From contig OY771587.1 in the NCBI GenBank assembly GCA_963674825.1, positions 256,001-320,000 of the forward strand: a stretch of DNA of 64,000 nt. The letters are read 5' to 3'. The position numbers and the translations under genes were made by a program. Positions 10,118 through 19,873 of this stretch are shown here, in pieces. This DNA is from Candidatus Cloacimonadales bacterium (GTDB lineage: Bacteria > Cloacimonadota > Cloacimonadia > Cloacimonadales > JAIOQZ01). How positions within the stretch are numbered: the first letter of the stretch is position 1; every line of letters begins with the position of its first letter. Under the pieces are notes generated by a model, which worked only from the letters and a program-made list of their open reading frames with translations, was not told where the DNA came from and ran no database searches.

Positions 10118-11154
10118 GCATCACGCTGAGCAATATAACCAAAACCTTCGACCGCTTCCAAGCGCTCAAGGACATCTCCATCACCTTTAAAAATGGTGAA
10201 CTCACTGCCCTGCTCGGGCCTTCAGGATCGGGCAAGACCACCCTTCTGCGACTCGTTGCCGGGCTCGAACTGCCGGATGATAATCCCGAATCGCACATAC
10301 TCTTTCATGGTGCGGATGTCTTAGGAAAGCCGGCAAGCCAGCGACAGGTAGGCTTCGTTTTCCAGCACTATGCACTCTTTCGTCACATGACCGTTTTCGA
10401 GAATATAGCCTTCGGTCTGCGCGTGATGAAGCGCTCCGAACGGCCATCCAAGGCTGAGATCAAAGACCGGGTGAATGAGCTCCTGAAGATGATCCAGCTC
10501 GAATCGATGGCGAGAAGAATGCCCTCGCAGCTCTCCGGTGGGCAGCGTCAACGTGTCGCGCTCGCAAGAGCGCTGGCGATCCAGCCACAGGTTCTTCTGC
10601 TGGACGAACCCTTTGGCGCGCTGGACGCGAAAGTCCGCGCTGAATTGCGTCGTTGGCTGCGTGAACTGCATGACAAGTTGCACGTCACCAGCATTTTCGT
10701 TACGCACGATCAGGAAGAAGCACTGGAGGTTTCCGACCGCATCGTTGTGATGAACCAGGGTATGATCGAGCAAGTTGGTTCGCCAGACGATGTCTTCCAT
10801 CACCCTGCCAGCGAGTTTGTGCTGAAGTTTCTGGGCGACGTCAATGTCTTCCATGGCCGATTCGATGAATCGCAGACGATCTTCCATGGCCATTCGGAGG
10901 AGAAATCGTCCCGTATGCTGGTGCGATCTTACGAGATCGAAGTACTGCTCAATCCGCATGGTATCCGCGACGTACTGCCCGTGCAGACGCAACGGGTGCT
11001 GACCGCCGGCTCGATGGTCAAGCTGGAGTTCACCGACGCCATGCATCAGATTATCCAGGTTCACCTCTCGCATGCCGATTACACCCGCACGCCGCTTGAA
11101 CCCGGTATGAAGGCTTACCTCAGGCCCGTTCGGAGCATGCCGTACTCGATATAG
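10114..11154 (+). CDS. cysA: Sulfate ABC transporter ATP-binding subunit
   Basis: [34 protein letters not shown] 10114 overlaps the cysW stop. Confidence 0.95.
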   Translation: MSITLSNITKTFDRFQALKDISITFKNGELTALLGPSGSGKTTLLRLVAGLELPDDNPESHILFHGADVLGKPASQRQVGFVFQHYALFRHMTVFENIAFGLRVMKRSERPSKAEIKDRVNELLKMIQLESMARRMPSQLSGGQRQRVALARALAIQPQVLLLDEPFGALDAKVRAELRRWLRELHDKLHVTSIFVTHDQEEALEVSDRIVVMNQGMIEQVGSPDDVFHHPASEFVLKFLGDVNVFHGRFDESQTIFHGHSEEKSSRMLVRSYEIEVLLNPHGIRDVLPVQTQRVLTAGSMVKLEFTDAMHQIIQVHLSHADYTRTPLEPGMKAYLRPVRSMPYSI

Positions 11155-11263
11155 TCAGAGGATTCGGTAGTATTGAAATGCAAATAGAGTCCACAATTTC
11201 TTTTCATTGACAAACAATCGCACCGGTTTTTTCTATCCGAAAAATCGCTATGAAAGGTTACCC

Positions 11264-12058
11264 ATGAAAGAATTTGACGAACTGAGAGAAGTTGTGGCTC
11301 GGCTGCGCGACCCCGAAAAAGGTTGCCCGTGGGACTTGAAGCAGACATCCCGCTCCCTTGTGCCAAACTTCATCGAAGAGCTATATGAAGCAATCGAAGC
11401 CATTGAACACGACGATCAACCTCATCTTGCCGAAGAACTCGGCGATATCATGTTGCATGTCGTGATGCAAATCCGCATTGCGGAAGAACAAGGTTTTTTC
11501 ACAGCTGCGGATGTTCTCAAGCGAATCTGCGAAAAGCTGATCCGTCGTCATCCGCATATCTTTGGAGATACGACCGAGACCGATGCAGACACGGTTAAGA
11601 TGAATTGGGAAAGGCTCAAGCGGCGCGAGAAGGAGAAAAAGGATCGCTCCGCCATCGACGGAATCCCGCACAGCATGCCTGGACTGATCGTCGCGCAGCG
11701 TATGCAGGAAAAAGCGGCGTCTGTAGGATTCGATTGGGGAAAACCACAGCCTGTGTTCGATAAGATGCGCGAGGAATTCGCTGAGTTCGAAGAGGCTTGG
11801 GAAACCGAGCCACAGGAGCGCATCGAAGAAGAGATCGGGGATATCCTGTTCACCGTGGTGAACCTTGCCCGTAAGCTTCACATCGATAGCGAAGCCGCGC
11901 TACGCGGTTCGATCCGTAAGTTCGATACCCGTTTCCGGCAGGTGGAAAAAGAATTCGCCAATGCCGGGCTTGACATGCATGAGCAAACACTTGAGCAACT
12001 TGATGAAGTTTGGGATGCAGTCAAACGAAAGCAAAAAGAAGCCATTGAGCAGGAGTAG
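11264..12058 (+). CDS. mazG: Nucleoside triphosphate pyrophosphohydrolase MazG
   Basis: GCPWD, EELGD, KLIRRHPHIFG, second EEIGD domain. Confidence 0.93.
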   Translation: MKEFDELREVVARLRDPEKGCPWDLKQTSRSLVPNFIEELYEAIEAIEHDDQPHLAEELGDIMLHVVMQIRIAEEQGFFTAADVLKRICEKLIRRHPHIFGDTTETDADTVKMNWERLKRREKEKKDRSAIDGIPHSMPGLIVAQRMQEKAASVGFDWGKPQPVFDKMREEFAEFEEAWETEPQERIEEEIGDILFTVVNLARKLHIDSEAALRGSIRKFDTRFRQVEKEFANAGLDMHEQTLEQLDEVWDAVKRKQKEAIEQE

Positions 12059-12062
12059 TTAA

Positions 12063-13358
12063 ATGAAGTTCGGGAAGATACTAAAGGGAAGTGATCGAAA
12101 CCTGCTGTTGAAACTCTATTTCATCTTCGGCAGTGCATTGATCATGATCTTCTTCGTGATCTATTCAAACACCCTGATTTATCACGCCCGTAAGGACGCG
12201 CATATCGTCCCGAATCTTTTCGCACGTTATTTTACTCTGCTGACGGATAACGACTGGGAAAGCGAGATATGGAAAGATCGCCTCGTTGAATACATTCAGG
12301 AGCATATCTTCCAGAATATAGATTACACGATTATCGTCACCGACAATAGAAACCAACCCATCGCCTGGAAAAACATCGATGTCGATATCCTGCCGTTCGA
12401 GTACTTGAACGAAGAACAGCAATCCATCCTTCGTGAAGAGCTCCATAAAATGCACAGCGCGAATAAAATTCTCCTGCAATACACCGCGACCGACAGCCTT
12501 TACGCCGAACCGCTTGGAGAAGCGTTGCCCGACAGTATGCACGCTCCGAATGTATTCGGATACGTATATTACAGCGAGCCTTTCAGCATGAAGCAATTGC
12601 GCTATATGCCGATCTTTGAGATGGCGCTGGTTCTGGTTTTTGTTATCTTCGGTCTTCACGGCGTTTTCCTGGTCAAAAAGCGCGAGAAGGACAAGCTCTG
12701 GATTGGCCTCGCCAAGGAAACCGCGCATCAGTTCGGAACGCCGATATCATCGATGCTTGCCTGGCTCGACCTCTTGAAGATGCGCATCGAGAGCAACTGT
12801 CAGGATGTCGGCATGGCTGATATGATCGATCACATGAAGGCGGATGTATCACACCTCCAGAAAGTTGCGAATCGCTTTGGAAAGGTCGGCTCCGTGGTGA
12901 AGCTGAAACCCAGCAACATCCACGAAATCCTAGAAGAAACCATCGCTTATTTCAATACGCGATTGCCCAATCTCGATAACGAAATCGAGATCCATCTGAT
13001 CAGTAAAATCGAGGATAAGGTCATCAATATCGATCCGGACCTTATCCGCTGGACAATCGAAAATCTGGTAAAGAACAGCATCGATGCCATGAAAAACAAA
13101 GGCGGTAACATCATTCTCACAGCCGCCTGCAAGAATAGTAACACCTACATCCAGGTGCGCGATGAAGGAACCGGCATCCCGAAATCGCAGTTCTCCAAAG
13201 TATTCGAGCCGGGAATCACTTCGAAAGCACGCGGTTGGGGGCTCGGCTTGAGTCTGGCCAAGCGTATAATCGAAGATTACCACAAAGGCCGTATCAAAGT
13301 GCTCGAAAGCACCATCGGAGAAGGTACGACCATCGAAATTATGCTTCCCGAAAAATAA
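12063..13358 (+). CDS. Membrane sensor histidine kinase
   Basis: Two TM segments, KETAHQFGTP H-box, ENLVKNSIDA, DEGTGI, GWGLGL. Confidence 0.92.
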   Translation: MKFGKILKGSDRNLLLKLYFIFGSALIMIFFVIYSNTLIYHARKDAHIVPNLFARYFTLLTDNDWESEIWKDRLVEYIQEHIFQNIDYTIIVTDNRNQPIAWKNIDVDILPFEYLNEEQQSILREELHKMHSANKILLQYTATDSLYAEPLGEALPDSMHAPNVFGYVYYSEPFSMKQLRYMPIFEMALVLVFVIFGLHGVFLVKKREKDKLWIGLAKETAHQFGTPISSMLAWLDLLKMRIESNCQDVGMADMIDHMKADVSHLQKVANRFGKVGSVVKLKPSNIHEILEETIAYFNTRLPNLDNEIEIHLISKIEDKVINIDPDLIRWTIENLVKNSIDAMKNKGGNIILTAACKNSNTYIQVRDEGTGIPKSQFSKVFEPGITSKARGWGLGLSLAKRIIEDYHKGRIKVLESTIGEGTTIEIMLPEK

Positions 13359-13370
13359 GGAGTATCCACT

Positions 13371-14876
13371 ATGTTTATCCTATCCCGTGAAGAGATGCAA
13401 GAGCTCGATCGCCACACAATGGAAGATTTCGGCATTCCCAGTTCTGTGCTGATGGAAAACGCAGGCAAGAGCTGCGCAGAGAAGATTATCGAGGATATCG
13501 AGGATGACGAACCCTTCTTCGGTATCTTTTGCGGACACGGCAACAACGGCGGCGACGGCTTTGTTATCGCCCGTTGGCTGGACAGTGCCGGCTATAGCGT
13601 CGGAATCGTATTCGTCGGCGATGAAGAAAAAATGACGCCCGAAACCCGCACCAACTACGAACTCTGCCGCAAGCTGGATATTCCCTTCTTCGAATTCGAC
13701 AAGGAGAACCTGCCCGACTTCGATATGATCATCGACGCGATCTTCGGAATCGGTTTCCATGGCGAGATGCGCGAAGAATACCAGAAAGTCATCCACTGGA
13801 TCAACGAGAGCCCGGCAGAAGTCTATGCTATCGATATTCCTTCCGGACTCGACGCCAATACCGGCGAAGGCGATTGGGCGATTGTCGCGGACGAAACCAT
13901 GACCATGGCCGCTCCCAAATACGGGCATTTCCTGTGCGACGGTGGAGCCTGTACCGGCGAACTGACCGTCATTGATATCGGAATCCCGCCACAGTTCTTT
14001 TATGAGCTGCGACCGCGAGCGAGCATCAATGAACTGCCGCCACTCCCCATCCGCACCGATTTCTCACACAAAGGCGTCTTTGGCCGCGTATCCATTTTCG
14101 CAGGTTCGCCCGGATTTTCCGGTGCGGCGGTACTGGCTTCCAGAGCAGCGCTTCGCAGCGGAGCCGGGATCATCAAGCTTTATCATACACCAGGAATGGA
14201 TACTATTTACGAGACCAAACTGACCGAAGTCATGACACATCCTATTCCCTACCTCGAATCCGGCGCACTCGACCGCGATCGGCTCATTACCGAGCACGAG
14301 AAGACCGACGCCATTCTCATAGGACCCGGCCTTGGAACCGGCGATAAAGCGATGGAGCTCATGGAATTCGTCCTCAACGGCAGTATCCCGACCGTTATCG
14401 ACGCCGATGGTATCAACTGCATTGCGCAAAACGAGACACTCCAGGAGCTTCTCAAGGAACACCCCGATGTGTTGCTCACTCCGCACATGGGTGAATTCGC
14501 ACGTCTGATGGATGTCGATCTGAGCGAAGTCGAGACCAACGTGATCGGCTTACTGATGAAATTCCATGCCGAATTCGGTTGCCCCATCCTGCTCAAAAGC
14601 AATGTCAGTGTATTCTTCGACGGCGAGCTTTTCACCTTCAATATCAATGGCAACAATGGCCTCGCGACCGGCGGTAGCGGCGATGTTCTCGCGGGAATCA
14701 TCACCTCGTTCGTCGCACAGGGACATACTTGCGACATGGCTGCTGTAGCTGGAAGCTGGTTGATGGGGTTCACCGCCGACAGCCTCGCGCTCAAACGCGG
14801 CACGGCATCCATCATTCCATCCGATATCATCGATCACCTGTTCGATTACGACTACCTCGCGCCACAAATCGACTGA
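13371..14876 (+). CDS. nnr: Bifunctional NAD(P)HX epimerase/dehydratase (NnrE-NnrD)
   Basis: LMENAG, GNNGGDG, DIPSG, HKG, GPGLG, DADG, TPHMGEF, GGSGDVLAG. Confidence 0.93.
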   Translation: MFILSREEMQELDRHTMEDFGIPSSVLMENAGKSCAEKIIEDIEDDEPFFGIFCGHGNNGGDGFVIARWLDSAGYSVGIVFVGDEEKMTPETRTNYELCRKLDIPFFEFDKENLPDFDMIIDAIFGIGFHGEMREEYQKVIHWINESPAEVYAIDIPSGLDANTGEGDWAIVADETMTMAAPKYGHFLCDGGACTGELTVIDIGIPPQFFYELRPRASINELPPLPIRTDFSHKGVFGRVSIFAGSPGFSGAAVLASRAALRSGAGIIKLYHTPGMDTIYETKLTEVMTHPIPYLESGALDRDRLITEHEKTDAILIGPGLGTGDKAMELMEFVLNGSIPTVIDADGINCIAQNETLQELLKEHPDVLLTPHMGEFARLMDVDLSEVETNVIGLLMKFHAEFGCPILLKSNVSVFFDGELFTFNINGNNGLATGGSGDVLAGIITSFVAQGHTCDMAAVAGSWLMGFTADSLALKRGTASIIPSDIIDHLFDYDYLAPQID

Positions 14877-14893
14877 TTATAGAGCTTTGTTAC

Positions 14894-14930
14894 GATCTCC
14901 GGGTAGCAATTTATTGCTCGCCCGGAGATC
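14894..14930. repeat. Intergenic palindrome (REP-like element or terminator)
   Basis: GATCTCCGGG-TAGCAATTTATTGCTCG-CCCGGAGATC nested inverted repeat. Confidence 0.55.
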
Positions 14931-15041
14931 AATCCTTACTACCACTTGTCTCTATCCGTTTCCCTCCCGATTCTCCTTGACAATCCTGAACCATTTATGT
15001 CTTTCTATTAACTGGTAAAAAACATTGTATAAACGGACATT

Positions 15042-18000
15042 ATGGGCATGAACGACCACGACATGAAAACGCGACGCAAACCGGCCAACGCCACCAGAGT
15101 GAGGGCTTATTCCTTTGGTGAAGCGGAAGTTGAACGTCCGGAGATCGAAGCAGGCGAGCTACTTGACGACCGTTATCAGATCGTCCGGAAAGTCGGCGAA
15201 GGCTCTTATGGCGCTGTGTATCAGGTGTTCGATCGCAAGATGGACATCCCAAAAGCGCTCAAAGTTTTCGGTCGTCGAGAAGAAAGCCTGCACATCATAC
15301 CCGATCTGCGTGACGAAGCTCGTACCATGGCAAGGATCAACCATCCAAACATCGTTCGTATCTACGATCTTCATGAAGACGGCGATTTCATCTACCTCGA
15401 TATGGAGTACGCCAACGGTGGTAACCTGGACAAGAATCTCGACAGCATACGCAAGAACAGCAAGATCATCCGCAAGACTGCGTTGCAGATCGCAGAAGGA
15501 TTGAAAGAAGCGCACGATCAGGGCATCGTTCACATGGATGTCAAGCCGTCCAACCTGCTGCTGGACAGCGCGCGCAATATCAAGATCGCCGATTTCGGAA
15601 TCGCCGGGCAACTTGGGCTTAAGCTCACAACCACTGCCGGCACCCCGGCCTATATGGCACCTGAGCACATCGAAGGCAATCCCGCCGACAAGCGTTCGGA
15701 TATCTTTTCCTTTGGCGTAGTACTCTACGAGCTGGTTTACGGCCATTACCCCTTCAAGCTGGATGAGAGCGACAACTATATCTACGATGTTCCCCGGCAT
15801 CTCCTTGCCGAGTCCTCCGACCTCAATCGTATCATTCTGAGGTGTATCGCGGCCAATCCAGAGCATCGCTACAACGACTTTTCGAACATCATCAGAGACT
15901 TGAATGAATCGAAAGAACTGCCAACAAAAGAAGAAGACAAACGCGGTTTTCGTGCCATATTCATGCGGCAGATGCGCGACATTGGTAGCGATCTGCGCAA
16001 AGAAACCCGCAACCTGATGATCCTGCTGATCCTGCTTCTCTTGATTATACCCTTTTACCTTCGCATTATCCGACGCCTGACCGAAGAGCAGAATCCCGCA
16101 CACATCGATGGTCCGCCCATGAGTACATCGGTCAATTTCCAACCGGATTCCAAGCTATCACCGGATCAACTGGAGCCGGGAGACCTCGTACAGCTTCGCG
16201 ACCTGCGCAAAGGTGGAGAGCCGGCCTTCGAATTCATCTACAACGGCGAAGATCCTCTCGACATCCGTTTCGAAGAAAATCGGATTTATTTAAGCGACAG
16301 GCTTGCCGGCATTCACGTACGAGACCGTAGCGACCTGCCGCTACCACCGAATCTCGATTTCGTACGCAGCGATATCGAACTAACGCAGAACGATCTATGG
16401 AACCAGCGCAATCCAAATCTGGCAGTTCACCTCGGCGAGATGGTCTCACCGCGAACCATCGAGAATCTCCCGTCCAATACACGCTTCCTGGATCTGTGGA
16501 AAAACAAGCGTATCTCCGATCTACACAGCCTTGACCATCTTGAAAATCTTGAAGGGCTCGACCTGCAAGGTGTAAGGGATTTCTATCCCGAAGGCTTGAA
16601 ACAACACGAGCGAATGAAGTGGCTAAACCTCGCAGATACTGGCCTGGAATCAGATGAATCGCTCCGAAGCCTGCAAGCATTAGAGCATCTGGATATCTCG
16701 AGAAATCGCCTGCAAAATCTCGCGACGCTCTATCGGCTTAAAGCGCTGCAGTCGGTTAAAAACGAGAGCAATTCGCAACTTCCCGAACTGGACCGCGCCT
16801 GGTTAGACGAGAAGAACCACAGCTATTACGCAGATAGAAATCAGGAACAATCCACAAAACGACAGATCCTCTGGCAGCGATCCAATGTCATGGATAAAAT
16901 CGTTTTTGGCCTTGCACTGATCGTGCTTCTGCTGGTCATATATCAGCTTTTCCGCTTACTCAGGCAAAATATTCCAACCATGATAGCAAAGAATCAGAAG
17001 AAGAAAGAAGAAGCTGTCCTGCCGCCAGAATTTCACGATCGTGTCAAGAAAGCCGACGATCAGGAGAGTGAGAATAAACTTTGGACACCAGCAGAAGACA
17101 ACGCGCTCCGTACTCTGCATGAGCTCTCCGTGGAATATCCGAACGAAAAGGTGCTTGAGAAGCGCAAAACGCAGATCCTGCGCAATGCTGAACGTAAGAT
17201 CCGGCAATATATGTCACGCGATGAATACGAACCGGCGTTCCTCACCCTTCAGCAGGTAACGGCCATCACCACCAATAACACCCTGAAAAGGTACCGCCAT
17301 CGCTGCCTCACCAACCTGGTACACGACGAACCGGTAAAGATGATCGATATCCCCGGCGGCAGCTTCACGATAGGTGACTTCGAAAGCGAATCGCTCTCCA
17401 CCGCCATCCCGTTGCATGAAGTGAATCTATCCAGCTATAGCCTCAGTGAGACCAACGTAACGAACAAGCAGTACTGCGAGTTTCTCAACGCCATGGGCAA
17501 GCATTCCGAACCTCTTTATGACTGGATCAACCTCAGCAGTCCCTACTGCCGCATCAAGAAAACCGAACGCGGCAAATACGAGCCGATCGAGCCCTATAGC
17601 TCCTTCCCTGTAATAGAAGTGAGTTGGTATGGAGCTAAGCGTTATTGTGAGTGGTTTGGCGGAAGGCTCCCTTCAGAAGCGGAATGGGAGTTTGCAGCTC
17701 GGAATCGAGGCAAGAAGATTCTCTTCTCGCAGGGAAACACTGCTGATCGCGCTAAGATGAATTTCCTGGTGGATAAAAACGACAACCTATGGCACTCTGT
17801 TTTCCCGGTTAAATCGCTGCCAGCCAACGCACTGGGGCTCTACGAAATGTCCGGCAACCTGTTGGAGTGGTGCCAGGATTTCTTCGACGCGAATTACTAT
17901 CAGGATTTGGAATCAGAAAACCCGCGAGGCCCGGAAAAAGGCAGCTTGAAATCGGTGCGTGGCGGTGCATGGTGCTTCCCATCAAAAAACATGAAAACCT

Positions 18001-18065
18001 ATTACCGCGGTTCGGCAAAACCTTCCGCGCGTAACAACTTTATCGGATTCCGCGTCGCCAGATGA
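15042..18065 (+). CDS. Ser/Thr protein kinase - TM - LRR - TM - FGE-sulfatase (SUMF1/CLec fold) multidomain protein
   Basis: GEGSYG, ALKV, HMDVKPSN, DFG, GTPAYMAPE; two hydrophobic helices; LxxLxLxxN repeats; RLPSEAEWEFAAR, GLYEMSGN..EW, RGGAW, GFRVAR. Confidence 0.88.
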   Translation: MGMNDHDMKTRRKPANATRVRAYSFGEAEVERPEIEAGELLDDRYQIVRKVGEGSYGAVYQVFDRKMDIPKALKVFGRREESLHIIPDLRDEARTMARINHPNIVRIYDLHEDGDFIYLDMEYANGGNLDKNLDSIRKNSKIIRKTALQIAEGLKEAHDQGIVHMDVKPSNLLLDSARNIKIADFGIAGQLGLKLTTTAGTPAYMAPEHIEGNPADKRSDIFSFGVVLYELVYGHYPFKLDESDNYIYDVPRHLLAESSDLNRIILRCIAANPEHRYNDFSNIIRDLNESKELPTKEEDKRGFRAIFMRQMRDIGSDLRKETRNLMILLILLLLIIPFYLRIIRRLTEEQNPAHIDGPPMSTSVNFQPDSKLSPDQLEPGDLVQLRDLRKGGEPAFEFIYNGEDPLDIRFEENRIYLSDRLAGIHVRDRSDLPLPPNLDFVRSDIELTQNDLWNQRNPNLAVHLGEMVSPRTIENLPSNTRFLDLWKNKRISDLHSLDHLENLEGLDLQGVRDFYPEGLKQHERMKWLNLADTGLESDESLRSLQALEHLDISRNRLQNLATLYRLKALQSVKNESNSQLPELDRAWLDEKNHSYYADRNQEQSTKRQILWQRSNVMDKIVFGLALIVLLLVIYQLFRLLRQNIPTMIAKNQKKKEEAVLPPEFHDRVKKADDQESENKLWTPAEDNALRTLHELSVEYPNEKVLEKRKTQILRNAERKIRQYMSRDEYEPAFLTLQQVTAITTNNTLKRYRHRCLTNLVHDEPVKMIDIPGGSFTIGDFESESLSTAIPLHEVNLSSYSLSETNVTNKQYCEFLNAMGKHSEPLYDWINLSSPYCRIKKTERGKYEPIEPYSSFPVIEVSWYGAKRYCEWFGGRLPSEAEWEFAARNRGKKILFSQGNTADRAKMNFLVDKNDNLWHSVFPVKSLPANALGLYEMSGNLLEWCQDFFDANYYQDLESENPRGPEKGSLKSVRGGAWCFPSKNMKTYYRGSAKPSARNNFIGFRVAR

Positions 18066-19873
18066 TCAGACGAACCTGTATCTTTATCATGCTGCTCTTA
18101 GCAGTTACAATCCTGATAGCACAAGACGGCTACAAGCTGCGCGACATCCGGTTCGTTGGCAACGAATCCATCTCCACTTCCGAGCTAAAAAAACAGATGG
18201 AGCTCAAAGAAGACGATTTCCTCTACCGGCTTCAGTTCTGGAAGGAAGACCGCCTATTCGACGAACCTGCACTGGAGCGCGACACTACGCGCATTCTATA
18301 TCATTACCGAACAGAGGGATTCCTCGACGCGAAGCTCTCCTTGGAGCTCGAAACCCTGCACGAAAAACAGCGAGTCTATCTCACCATCACGATCGATGAA
18401 GGCGAGCCGATCCTGATCGACAGGATCACGACCTCATACTCACCTGCAGATTCCAATCGCTTCCGTACGATCGTGCAGGAAGTGAAAGCACCCCTTCAGC
18501 CTGGTGAACGCTTCCGTGATGCCGATCTAATGTCACGCCAGGAAAAGCTGCGAACGGGCTTCGAGGAAAACGGCTATCCTATGGCGGAAGTAGAGTTCAC
18601 GCTCGATGTATCGCCCGAGCAGCACACAACGGATATCCGGTGGGATATCAAGCCGGACAAACACTGCAAGTTCGGCAAAATCAGGCTCACCGGGCTCGAA
18701 AACGATATCGATGAATACGTGCTTCGGCAGACGGAATCCATCGATAGCGGAGAATACCGGCAATCGGCGCTGAAAACAGCACAACGTCGCATCTACGAGT
18801 TGGGGATGTTCAAGTCGGTGACGGTGAAATCAATGCTGAGCGAAGAAGAAAACGGCGAAATCCCCATCGAGATCATGATGATCGAGTCACCACGCCACAA
18901 TCTAAAAGTCGGTGTAGGCTGGGGTATCGAGGATCGTTTCCGCGTCTTCGCGGACTACCGCAAGCTCGGTTTTCTCGGCGGTGTTCGCAGACTCCATATC
19001 TACCTCAAGCACTCCTATCTTGAGCCGGTTAATGCCAGCCTCAAGCTCGTGCAGCCGGACTTCCTGAACTCCAACGGCGACATCAGCATTAGTCCCTACT
19101 TCAAGCAGCAACGTGAGCTGAGCTATACTATCAACCGCCTGGGCGCGACGCTTGGTTACCAGAAATCTTTCACAGGAAATATCGCTGGTTACTCCAACGT
19201 CACTTACGAAAAGAACGACCTGGTGGAAATTCGACTTTCGGACGAGGATGTCTTTGGCGAAACCGCTGATGACATCTATGAGAAAACCGTCTTCACCGTC
19301 GGCAGCTTCTACGACTCGTCGGCTCCACCGCTGGACCCCGAAAAAGGCGTCTACGCCGGCGTAATCTATTCCGTTGCCCCCATCCGAGAGGTCAGCGACT
19401 ATGAGTTCTACAAGATCGTGCTCGACACCCGCGCCTATCAGCGGCTTGCAAGTTGGATGGTTCTTGCCCTGAAACTCAAGGGTGGCGCAATGGAGCCTTT
19501 CGGCGAAAGCCACGCCACGCCGGTGGAGGATCGCTTTTACGCAGGGGGCAGCTACTCGGTGCGCGGCTGGCAACGCTATCAACTCGGCCCCAAGAACGAT
19601 AGCGGTTATCCCATTGGCGGGAACAGCATGATCGAAGGTAGCATCGAGCTGCGTTACCCCATCTACGACATCTTCTCGGGCGTTCTCTTCCTGGATGGCG
19701 GAAATGTCTGGAAGGATTCTTACGTTTACATCGCAGACCAACTGCATTTCGCCAGCGGCGTGGGCCTGAGAGTTAATACTCCGGTAGGGCCCATTCGGCT
19801 CGACTTTGCTTCACCGGTTTTCGAGAAAAAGAAGGAGCTGCAGGTTCATGCAAGCATCGGGCACGCCTTTTAA
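18062..19873 (+). CDS. tamA: Omp85 family outer-membrane protein (TamA/BamA-like)
   Basis: Signal peptide, POTRA-like repeats, RFYAGGSYSVRGW, GVGLRVNTPVGPIRLD, C-terminal F. Confidence 0.85.
   Translation: MIRRTCIFIMLLLAVTILIAQDGYKLRDIRFVGNESISTSELKKQMELKEDDFLYRLQFWKEDRLFDEPALERDTTRILYHYRTEGFLDAKLSLELETLHEKQRVYLTITIDEGEPILIDRITTSYSPADSNRFRTIVQEVKAPLQPGERFRDADLMSRQEKLRTGFEENGYPMAEVEFTLDVSPEQHTTDIRWDIKPDKHCKFGKIRLTGLENDIDEYVLRQTESIDSGEYRQSALKTAQRRIYELGMFKSVTVKSMLSEEENGEIPIEIMMIESPRHNLKVGVGWGIEDRFRVFADYRKLGFLGGVRRLHIYLKHSYLEPVNASLKLVQPDFLNSNGDISISPYFKQQRELSYTINRLGATLGYQKSFTGNIAGYSNVTYEKNDLVEIRLSDEDVFGETADDIYEKTVFTVGSFYDSSAPPLDPEKGVYAGVIYSVAPIREVSDYEFYKIVLDTRAYQRLASWMVLALKLKGGAMEPFGESHATPVEDRFYAGGSYSVRGWQRYQLGPKNDSGYPIGGNSMIEGSIELRYPIYDIFSGVLFLDGGNVWKDSYVYIADQLHFASGVGLRVNTPVGPIRLDFASPVFEKKKELQVHASIGHAF

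Noticed and set aside
17900..18065. FGE/CLec C-terminus as a diversity-generating retroelement variable repeat
   Set aside because: No reverse transcriptase and no near-identical template repeat seen in the window; a remote DGR cannot be excluded
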